From: Podarcis cretensis
Lineage: Eukaryota
DNA: 64,000 nt
Reading direction: 5' to 3'
Assembly: GCA_951804945.1 (NCBI GenBank)
Contig: OX638158.1
Location: 37,448,001 to 37,512,000 of the forward strand
In this document: positions 49,801 through 61,002 of the stretch, piece after piece
Layout: each line of letters begins with the position of its first letter
Position numbering within the stretch: position 1 is the first letter of the stretch
Translations under genes and position numbers: made by a program
Notes under the pieces: generated by a model
What the model was told of the DNA's origin: nothing
The model's input: only the letters and a program-made list of their open reading frames with translations
Databases searched by the model: none

Positions 49801-51208
49801 CTATGCAGTCATTGTACAGCAGGCAAATGGAAAGGTTTTCACCCAATTCAGTAGAACATATCTGATGGTAGGAAACTAATCTGTTTTCTCTTGTGTGCCA
49901 ATTAAAGAGCCACTAAGTTCAGTGAAGACTTCTTTCTTAGTTATCGTTCCCTCCTTACACCCCAATATGGAAAAGTTTTACTACTGGCTTTGAGTTTTAA
50001 AGTATCTAAATACATTGTTCATTGTTGATATATAAACAGACTGGTGTGGCAGATCCAGATTTCCTAGTGTTGGTGCTCATACAATGTACATTCTACCATG
50101 TGGTTAAATCCCAACTCTCGTCACCAAAGGGATAAGAAAGAATGTCACGTTGGGTTAGCAAACACTGAAACCTTTTATAATAGAAATCTGTCCAAAATGC
50201 TGCTTGTATAGGATTTGTCACTTTTGTAATAAAATTATTATTAAAAAAAACCCCTTTAAAATAAACACACAACTCCCCCTTTCATTCTGACACTTGATGC
50301 CACTATGTAAGATTTCATTTAAACTACCTCTTGATATGAAATTCAACTTTAGTGCATTTTGATAGGATTCCTTCACTATAATGTTAGGTATGATTTGTGG
50401 TAACTGCCAAATTTTCCAAGTGTTTTGTCTCACCAAAAATGTAATATTTGGATATGTATGCTAATGTAGTTTCCAATTATTCTAGGCTCACTTGTGCTCT
50501 TTTGACCTATGTAGTTTAGTTCTACAAACTTGTAGCTGTTGGACAAGAATGAAACCAATTCAAGCTGTCCTGGTCATAAGTCTGTTGGACTTTGTCACCT
50601 GTATGTAATATTGGCAAACTGGATACTGGTTTAAACATGAACATGCCATTAAATTAGCCTCTTGTTTGCAACAGTGTAGACAAGAAGTTGACAAATGCTA
50701 TTAAGCTTATAATGGATGTGTGCCACAAAGTGTACTGTCCTGTTGGCCTCTTTTTAATGATTGGTTTATTATGGTCGCAGATGTGAATATTGTGCATAAT
50801 ATTTACTGATTTTTATGTATAATTGTATAAATTAGAATTGGAAAAATTCTGTGCTTACCTTATATTTACAGATGTTTTAAGGTAGCCTTACCTACACAAC
50901 ACTGCACTTCTTTTTCAACTGGACCCTTAAACTCACGTTATCTGTAGATAGTCTTGCATGACCATTTTTATCATTTGGACTCTCTCAAGTCCTCCTCTCA
51001 GTGGTGTGTTTATGACTTGTGGTCATGTAGTTGTGCCTTACATTGTGAAAGAGTTTAGTTCAGTACGCACTGTAATCCCTAAACTCTGCATTTGGAAAGT
51101 AATGAAAGCTGAGGAGTGACACCCTACATCAGCTAATCCAGTATGAAATAACATGAGTGGATACTTGTGGAAATGTTACTTTTGTATTCTAATCTGTTAT
51201 TGGGCTGA

Positions 51209-51214
51209 AATAAA
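51209..51214 (+). terminator. Candidate distal EEA1 polyadenylation signal (AATAAA); proximal AATAAA also at 46898 and 47115
   Basis: AATAAA followed about 40 nt later by GU/U-rich ttgccgtgcttttgatgtcgctgt; lies just before the convergent gene's 3' end. Confidence 0.55.
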
Positions 51215-51283
51215 ATTAGACATTTCTAATAGACCATTTGCAGTGACTTAATTTGCCGTGCTTTTGATGTCGCTGTATCCACT

Positions 51284-51289
51284 TTTATT
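51284..51289 (-). terminator. Candidate PLEKHG7 polyadenylation signal (AATAAA on - strand)
   Basis: tttatt on + strand about 1 kb beyond the PLEKHG7 stop; an ATTAAA variant also lies at 51984-51989. Confidence 0.45.
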
Positions 51290-52283
51290 CATTTGCAAAT
51301 TCAGATAGTGGTCAGGCAAAGTTGAGTAGTATCCTTTTGGTGTTACATCATGAACATAATTGTGGTAAAGGTGATAAAAATGGCTCTTCTAATTGGTGCC
51401 ATTCTGCTTCATTCTACAGTTCTTTGAACTAATAATTACTGAAGCTGTGTGGTTCTTACCCAGAATTTTACAAAAAAGTGTATACCTCAAAAGTATGTGC
51501 AACCCCGTTTGGTGTTGTATAGCCAATATGAACTGATTTTACCCCACGGCTTTAACTGGGGGTTGGGGTAATTTTTTTCTGGAACGCTACAGCCAGAAAT
51601 TACAATTTCTCAGTTCTTAGTTTAACCCCATTCCAAGTTCTGCAGGTATCTCTCTTTGTAGCATAATGTTGATGAAATTTCTTCAAAGCGCTGATGAGGC
51701 GAGGAAGGTAATCTCAAGGTGACCACACTGCTTAAAAATGGGTTGTGTGATTCTATAATCTAATGTGAGAGGTGTTTTTGTGAAGATCAGTGTTAAGACT
51801 GTTACTTTGTTTGACATTTTGGTGGTTTCTGAGGTAGGAAAAAATTGTGCGGATTTTCTTTCTTTCATAACCCGGTAGTATTTGATCAAAAAACAAAATA
51901 CTCTGATTTAAGCGGGTCTCATGATTACTGGTACCCCAGTTTGACTGCAGAAGAACTTGTAAAGGCAGTTTTAAAGATGTTGGTTTAATGGCACTAGTTT
52001 TCTTTCCCTTTCCCGTACCATATCACATATATTTTCTAGTTTTTATCATGGAATGCTAAACCAAAACAAGCCATCCTGTGAGGAACCAAAGGCCATAAGC
52101 ATAGCACTACAGTTTGAATAATGACCATCCAAGTTGCTCTTTTCCTTCTCTGAATTCTGTTCCAGCAAGATTGTTTCCAGAGTCTCACCTTTCCAGGCTC
52201 CAAAAAATGTTCACAGACATTTTGCATGCCTTGTTGTTTTTTTAAAAAAAGTAAATCTGTTACATTGTCTAGTGGTTCCACAA

Positions 52284-52391
52284 CTAAATTTCAGATGATT
52301 CAGCAGGTAAACTAAAAAATGAAGTTTTGGGTTTATTTTCTCTCTTTGTACAATTTGATATTGCTGTTTCCATCTGTGACATCCATGTTTT
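52284..52391 (-). CDS. PLEKHG7: PLEKHG7 last coding exon (KTWMSQMETAISNCTKRENKPKTSFFSLPAESSEI*)
   Basis: ccttacag acceptor, TAG at 52286-52284, 108 nt. Confidence 0.94.
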   Translation of the reverse strand, partial: KTWMSQMETAISNCTKRENKPKTSFFSLPAESSEI

Positions 52392-55300
52392 CTGTAAGGT
52401 GAAAAAGAAGTTTTAATTTAATAACAAAAGTAACTTAGGGATACATAATTTCCATATAGCTAATTAGGCAATAGCATCTATTCATATTTTTGAAAGGGGT
52501 ATCTCACTCTAGTGGGGTAGGGACAGTACCCAGGACAGACAAATAAACTAGCTCAAATCATTTGGGGAAAGGTGTTAGCATTATCTTAGGTGTATTGCTT
52601 GCGTTTATTTTTTTTTTATGTTTGTAAAATAAAATACTTACTTTGAGAGACTCAGTCTGTGCTTGTAGTAAAAAGGTTGCTATGCATTGCTGAAACCGAT
52701 TTCTATGCTGTATTAGAAAAGCATTTCGTAGTCCAAAAACTAAGAAAACAATTGACACATGGTAAGACATCTTCCACAGCTTTCACTCCAGACCTCTATA
52801 AGGAGCAAATATCTGTTACCTTTGAAACAGGCCACAAGAACTACTTCAATGGAACTTGTATGTATCCATTGATTGACTTTTAGACTGCATGAAATATCAA
52901 CAATACCTAAGCTTGGTTTTGGATATACAAGTAACCAGGGATAAGGGACTGAGAGTGAGCTGCAATCTTCTGGCTTTAGGGAAAATAAAACTACATGCTA
53001 TGTGGTGTAACTATTTTCTAAACAACAACAATTACATAGTGAGCTGCCACCTGCAAAGCTGGCACTTCTGTCCTTTTTTTTGACAATTTGACATAGTTGC
53101 ATATCATAAAGATATGATTTAGATGGATATTAAACCAGTGATCACAAGGGGTCTCATAAAATCACATTGATGGGAAATGCAAAAGCTAGGTCTTCACTTG
53201 GATTCTAATTTTATACAGAAACAGGAGCAAGTCTGAATCCATGGAGAGGAAAAGGAGTGAAGATAGTTCAGCTGATCAGTTTAGAATAGTGGGCAAAATG
53301 AGAAGTGTTCCAAAAAAATAATATTTCTTTTGAACATTGGTTGGTTTAGCACAGACAGTGGTGTTACATCTTTAATCCTGAAGTGAGGCAGGTCTGTCTG
53401 ATCAAAATTGATTCCCTTCAGCACACTTTCTCTGATTTACCATGTAAATTCCCTTCACTACCATTGTAAGCTGTTGGACCTATATACATCCCAGAGACTG
53501 AAGAAAAATTGAGGTGGGATGACTGAAATGAATATATTTTGCTTGAGGGGTAGCAACTGGCTTATTTGTATTGTGTTCCAAATATTTTAAGAGAGAGCTA
53601 TTTAAGATGGGCACAGAAAATAGCTGTCCCTACATATATGCCATATTTTACTTTCTTGGGCTCCATGATCACTGCAGATGGTGACAGCAGCCACGAAATT
53701 AAAAGACGCTTGCTTCTTGGGAGAAAAGCAATGACAAACCTAGACAGCATCTTAAAAAGTAGAGACATCACCTTGCCAACAAAGGTCCGTATAGTAAAAG
53801 CTATGTTTTTCCCAGTAGTGATGTATGGAAGTGAGAGCTGGACCATAAAGAAGGCTGATCGCCGAAGAATTGATGCTTTTGAATTATGGGGCTGGAGGAG
53901 ACTCTTGAGAGTCTCATGGACGGCAAGAAGATCAAACCTCTCCATTCTTAAGGAAACCAGCCCTGAGTGCTCACTGGGAGGACAGATTGTGAAGCTGAGG
54001 CTCCAATATTTTGGCCACCTCATGAGAAGAGAAGACTCCCTGGAAAAGACCCTGATGTTGGGAAAGATGGAGGGCACAAGGAGAAGGGGACGACAGAGGA
54101 CGAAATGGTTGGATAGTGTTCTCGAAGCTACCAGCATGAGTTTGACTAAACTGCGGGAGGCAGTGGAAGACAGAAGTGCCTGGCGTGCTCTGGTCCATGG
54201 GGTCACGAAGAGTCGGACACGACTAAACGACTAAACAACAACACATATATGCCATGCATCTACTCAATATTTGAAGAATGTAACCAAGCCATATGTAAAA
54301 CGTATTTAACATACCTGTTATGTGGAAGGACTCAATATTTCTTACTACCATTCTGTCTAATGGGATAGGCTGGTCAAGCACAGTGCAGTAGCCACCACCT
54401 TCAAGCAAAGATTGCAATTCGGGAGTGAAAAATGGGCCAACAGGTGTTAAACTCAGGTCAGAAACTACAGATTTCTGAAACAGAAAGGAAAACCAATACA
54501 TTACCTAAGCATTCTATATTCCGGATTGTAGTTGTGGCATTTCTGACATGTAGTACTTGACTTAAATTTGTGAATGGCAGCTCTTGGAACTTAAGTCAAA
54601 ATTGCCACAAGATTAAAATGCTTATTTTTTCTGTTCCATGGCACTAGCTTTGTATCATAAACACATTTCAAGCTCTAATAATTTTTGTTAAATGTAATAA
54701 GTAGGCATACAGTTGACTGCTATGCTGCAGTTCTTTAAAATACAAGGAAACTATGGAGCCTCAGTGTATCTGAAAGCACATGAAACCTTAGTCACATCAA
54801 CACCGTACATTTAAAGCATGTCTACTTTCAGATGTCCTGCCAACCTAGCAGTTCAACAGCGCCTCAAAGTGCAAGTAGATAAATAGGTACCGCTCCAGCG
54901 GGAAGGTAAATGGCGTTTCTGTGCTGGTTCGCCAGAAGCAGCTTAGTCATGCTGGCCACATGACCCGGAAGCTGTACGCCGGCTCCCTCAGCCAGTAAAG
55001 TGAGATGAGCGCCACAACCCCAGAGTCAGTCACGACTGGACCTAATAGTCAGGGGTCCCTTTACCTTTACTTTCAGATGTCTGCTTTTTACGTCTAAGTC
55101 AACAAGATAATAGGAGGTGGTGGGTTAAAAGGAGCCAGGCTTGGGCCACCAGGGACTGCAGCTTCTTTAAAAAATAAGTGCATATTGCATGAAATCAAAT
55201 GCAAGTGACTACTTGCATGAAATCAAAATATGGACCTCTACTCCTAAGGGGTTACCAAAATGTGCCCACTATGAGGCACTGCCCATAAGTATCATATAAT

Positions 55301-57298
55301 TGCTAGGGTCTGTTCTTCATTTCTTTGATATGTCAGCAATTCACAACTCTTCCCTCAACATTTGTACTTTAATGATTTTAAAATATTACATAAATGTTTA
55401 CTGCACCTACAGAGCAAAATGTGCATGAACACAACAGCTGTAGCTGATCTTTCTTTTCCTTTCTTCTTACCTTTTTGTGCCGGTTAGGCTTTGTAATCAA
55501 CAGCAAATCATCAAACAGAAATAGGTAGACATCAACAAGTCTCATATGTTCTGAGGAATAAACGCAAAAGTAAACACTGGTTCTTATTTTTTTATTTTGT
55601 AACAAAACTTCACATTTTCTGCCTTAAATTCATCACTACATTTTGCTTTTGGATTTATCTTGACTGAAAGAATTTGGAAAATTACTTGCTAAGAGATTCA
55701 AGCATAGTTTTTCTAGTTCCAGAATTCTAGGAAGTTTGTTTTAATGAATAGAACTGAACTTTCAAGTTTTGTGGCTCAAGCTCCAGAGATTAATTTTAAA
55801 GGAAGTAGGAAGCCAACAACTGCCCCATATCACCACCTGCTTAGTATTAAAAAGTCTGGATATGAAAAATATTCAGCTTTGTAGTTTGGGTTGTTTAACA
55901 TTTGCAATACATGAGCAGCCAAAGTAGTGTGGAAGAATGGTGGATCACTATTGCTTGCATAACTCACATAATATTTTAATAGTTTTTAGCAGAGCTAGTG
56001 AAATGACTGAATCTCCCACGAGTAAAAGATTATCAAACAGATTATAAAGCAAAAATAAACAGGGATATATATTGTCAAATTATTTGTAACATTCCATAGC
56101 CTATCAGCTGTTACATTTTTATCTGTCTTAAGTATATGACCGCCTGCCAGTTCATTTCAAAAGCAGACAGCAGATTAAAAAAATAATCTTTTGTATGCTT
56201 CACTCTTAGCAATCTAGTTCAAATTTGACTGCTAATTATGAACAGAAAACACTGAAGTTTAACATATTTCTCTTTTGGAAAAGCATATTTATTTAAAAGA
56301 CCTACACATCTTGTTTTTCCCCCTCTAGAAGAGTGGTACTGAGACATCACTCACACTGATTTTATTCCTTCTGAATATATTTTTATTCTTTGACCTTGTT
56401 GGCCTGCAGCCTTATTTTAGTGTCATGAGCACTCACGTTCAACAACATGGAAGCAAGGAGTGGTTTTGAACCGAGTAACCCCACTAACAGCACACACCCC
56501 TTCTGTGATGTCTGTACATAGAGCACAAACCTCTGTAGCAAGGGGCCTTTGCTCATATAGTTGTATAGGCAAAGCCTTCATCAGAATCTGGAACACTGAA
56601 TGATTGAGGTTCCATATTCTGGGCATGCCTTTGCATGTATAGCTCTATGCAGGAAAGCCCTCTCTCTACAGATGTTCATATTGTATGAGCAAATGTCAGG
56701 TGTAGACATGACACCAGGGGAAGGTTAGGTGATGCACCCCACTCTATGCTCCCATGTTGAACATGGAGGTTCATAACATCTTAAGACAGCACTTGTCCAA
56801 CTTTTATTCATATCCTCTCTTTAGGTTTGCAGATTAGTTTGAGTTAGGTATACATTTCTGTTCGCTGTGTAACATAACTATGATACAGAAAGCACTCTTT
56901 ACCTGCTAGGGTTAATCTCCCCTCATGAACAAGAAATCTCTTTGTTGGTGACAAGATGTTTTCATTTGGGTTTTCTCTTAATAAATTCTTGAGACACTGG
57001 TGATGGAGAAAGAGAGATAATCATGGAACTTTTGAATAAAAAGTGGTAACAGTGCAATTAAAATTCTGAGTAACAGAAATAATATAATGGACTATTTAAT
57101 TGGTTGACTGGCTACATGTGTTAGACAAATACCACCTTGACAGCCAATCCTAAACAGCAGCAGTGACTAACCTTTCTCAGTCAGGCACCTTGACTCATGC
57201 CCAACCCTTTGAGGGCTGCATGTCAAAATGGGCATGGCAAATGTCAAATTAATTCCTTGCCTTCTGACTGAATCCATTTATAAATGCTGTGTCATTAC

Positions 57299-57342
<44 letters not shown>

Positions 57343-60300
57343 TTATTTGTACCCCACCCATCTGGCTGGGTTTCCCCAGCCACTCTGGGCGGCTTCCACA
57401 GAGACCAAAAATACACTAAAATATCACACATTAAAAACTTCCCTGAACAGGGCTACCTCTTTTCTTTTCCCCTTCCATTTTTGCTTCCTCCCCATTGATT
57501 TCCTCAGGAATCATTTCCAAATAAATCTATTTACATTCCCACCTTCAGCGCCCATATTATTTTATTGTCCTCCAAATTACTCACTCTATTTTCTCATCAT
57601 GGAAAGCTCTCCCTCTTGTCCCTCCCTCCATATTTGCTTATTACTTTTTCAGTGCTCACTTGTATGGGTGCTGGTCTAAGATCTGCATGGTCTATGTGCA
57701 GGCACCTCTCCAGAGCGTATTTAGAACATTCTAGAGCTAGTTACCTATTCGGAAGTTAAGCCATGAATATTTGTCCATGTTATTTTAACAGTTTTATGCA
57801 GATTTAAGAAGACCCTGCTATGGACATATTTTTAAGATGGATGAATAAAAATTGCTTACCTCAGGAACAAAAAATCTTTTTTCTTGATCCCAAAGTGAAG
57901 GCCAAACTATAATTTCCTGTAGCTGTTTAAATTTCTGGAAGTTATCCAGCCATTTCACTTTCCCTTCCAAATCTCCTGAAAAGATACACCATGGAGCAGC
58001 AAGGTTGGCTTACTGAAAATGAAATCTCTGTCCTTCATTAATATGGGCCTTAGCATTCTCTATATGGAGAGCTGAGTGCCTTCTGTATTGATATATTCTA
58101 GTCAGTGTTGTCATCCCTGTGGATGTTAAGAGTATGAGCATCAATGTTCATGTTTCATACCAAATATGAGTTATCAGGCTTATAGTGTTCTTTGGAATGA
58201 GCTGGTTTACATAATATTACTTTTGTTTGTAGCTAGTGAAGGTATTTTCATGTTTCAGTTCCTAGGGGAATAGTTTTTGCCATACAGTCTTCATGCATGC
58301 CTAAATGCTGAGCAATAAAGGTTGGCCCAAGGTATTTTTGTTGGATGAGGCTGAGGAGCAAATGGTACCCAGGCCCTCCCCACCGAAACCCAAGTCAAGT
58401 GCAAAGCACACAACATCAGCCAAGTTGTTTTGGCACCTGAGGCATGAAATCCCACAAACAATTCTCCCTATCCCTGGTATAAAAATACAAGCACAACAAA
58501 TTAAAGAACTAGCTGCCTTTTCATGCCACATAAAACCTGCTGCCTGAGGCAGCCATACCACTCTGCCTATTGGTAGGACTGGCTCTGTGAAAACAACTCG
58601 AAACAACTTCTGAACCAAGAATGCAGTTTCAGACCTTCTCCAACTCACTTATAGATTTCTCCACCTTTTCTTTAATTGTACCAATGACAGATTTCTCGGC
58701 TGCCTCTGTATTTTTCCATATATTCTTCAGGAGAAGGGGGTAGCGGGTCAGTTTGTGCAAAGGGGCAACCAGCAGTTCTGCGAGATGGAGACGTTTGCAC
58801 CGCTCGTTCTGTTCACACCACTATCGAATACAGATAAATTTTGTATTAGGATTAACAAGTGTACTCTTGACAGTCAGCAGAAAAATGCTTCATACCGCCA
58901 ACCAGCAGTATGCTACACATTTCTTAAGTAAAATAAATTTCATGAGAACCCTGCATTGTCATTGCTTTCAGAATGGCAACCCAGTTCCCATAGCAGAGGA
59001 ATAAATGCACCCCCTTCTCTTATACCTCACACTTAATGTGGTAATAATTGGGATGAATCATCCACCTAAATAAAAAAAAGGAAAGGAAATATGCAGATAA
59101 ATCTTTTGTGTGTACAGGCCTCAAGGTGGTGGTGGAAAAGGTTGCAGAGCACCCCCACTTTATCACAGGAACTAGATTTCCATATATTTCTAGGCCCAAT
59201 TCAAAGAGCTTGCAATAGTGCTTAAAACCCTAAACAACATAGGCTCCAAATACCAGAAAAATCCATTCCTTCCCTACAGACACTCTCAAGTGTCCCCAGT
59301 TCAGGCTGACATAAGAAAATCATCCCCAATAATTCCCCCCAATAGCATATTTTACTTTAAAATGACATATTTCTTGATGTATAAGCCACATGAAGTGGAG
59401 GGGGATGATAGTAGAGATAGTGATTTCTGATGAACAAGGATGGGTATTGATGTTTATTTTTAGTTCATTAAATGTATACTTTAGTTCACCCTTAACCGTA
59501 TCGGTGAACTATGGTAGCAACTGACTTCGAAAAAAATGCCGCTGTAATATCACAACTGTAAATGTTGAACAAGGATAACAGCAAAACAATTGCTTTACTT
59601 TCAAATAGATGCCAAAATCTTCTCTTTTCTTCAGTTTTTCCAAGTAAAAGATAGCAGAGGTATAATTCAGGCAGTACATCTGATGACTCTGACACAGGTT
59701 CCCTTGGAAATACTACAAGACAAAAATGTTAAGTCACTGAGGGCAATATCAAAAACTATGTATCTGAAGAAGTGTGCATGCACACGAAAGCTCATACCAA
59801 GAACTAACTTAGTTGGTCTTTAAGGTGCTACTGGAAGGAATTTTTTTTATTTTGTTTTATCAAAAACTAAGTTATACTCAGAATAGACTCAAGCCCATTG
59901 CAAGCCCTTTGGATCTCTTACAACTCTACAGTTCTATGCTTCTATGATTTTAATGAGTCCTCTTGCAGTATGACTAATGTTGCATATCCCTCTTGGCATT
60001 GTGAGGACCAAATATTCATTTATTAGATTTATACCTTGCCTTTCCTCCAGAAGGAGCCTATACATTTATTGCACATATTATTTTTTTTGTACTTGTCCAC
60101 AACCCTCTGTGATCAGAGATATCTGAGATGGTAAATAATTCCTTGTTACTTCGTAGTAAGGATGGATTATCATTCCTAGTGCATGCTCCATCCACAGTTA
60201 AGCCTTTTTTTCCAGTGTGTGCTTAAGATAGTAGCCCAATCCACACTTACCTTCATAATAAGTTCCACTGATGTCAATGGGATTCACTTTTGCCTAAATA

Positions 60301-60968
60301 TACATAGCACTGTGCTACAGAAAATCCCCACTGAAATAAATGAATTTTAAAATACCTTTCGATGGACTGTATTTTTTGTTTACAAAAAGACATGGACTTT
60401 TGGAGAATTTTAACTCCACATTCTTGCTGGCTGCTTCAGGTCATTCTCAGGTCTTTGCTTAGTGGTGCTGAATCTTAAAACTCATCAACCCCTCCGCATA
60501 ATCAAGAATAAGATGAATTCCAGAGGGGTAGTTATGCAGCCAACAAATTCATGCTGGCATCTTAAATGTTAAAGCTGTAATGTTATAACCATTTACCTGG
60601 CTGTAAAGCTGCACTCCTGTGCTCACTTACCTGAGAATAAGCCTCAGTGAAGTCAATGGGACTTACTCTGAGTAGACACGAGCAAAATTGTACCATGAAC
60701 ACAACTAAACTTGCATAGAGCCGCACTGTAAGAAATGTACTGTGATTTATGCTCTCATGGGCCAGAGCCTACTTCACTGGAGGTATGAAGTGGTTATCTA
60801 AGTGGGTGTTTATATACCCTAGGTACAGAGAGAAGAGGAAAATACTTTAAAAACAAAGTCTGGTCAAGAAATAATAGTTCCCTTCCCCCCTTGCCCTTGT
60901 TTCCCTGTCAGTCAAACTCAATTGCAGTTGGAATTGTAGTTTCATGGGGGCTACAACCTTAAGCATGT

Positions 60969-61002
<34 letters not shown>

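Noticed and set aside
53598-54206. 202-aa antisense ORF
   Set aside because: Shadow of the BovB coding frame; no independent evidence
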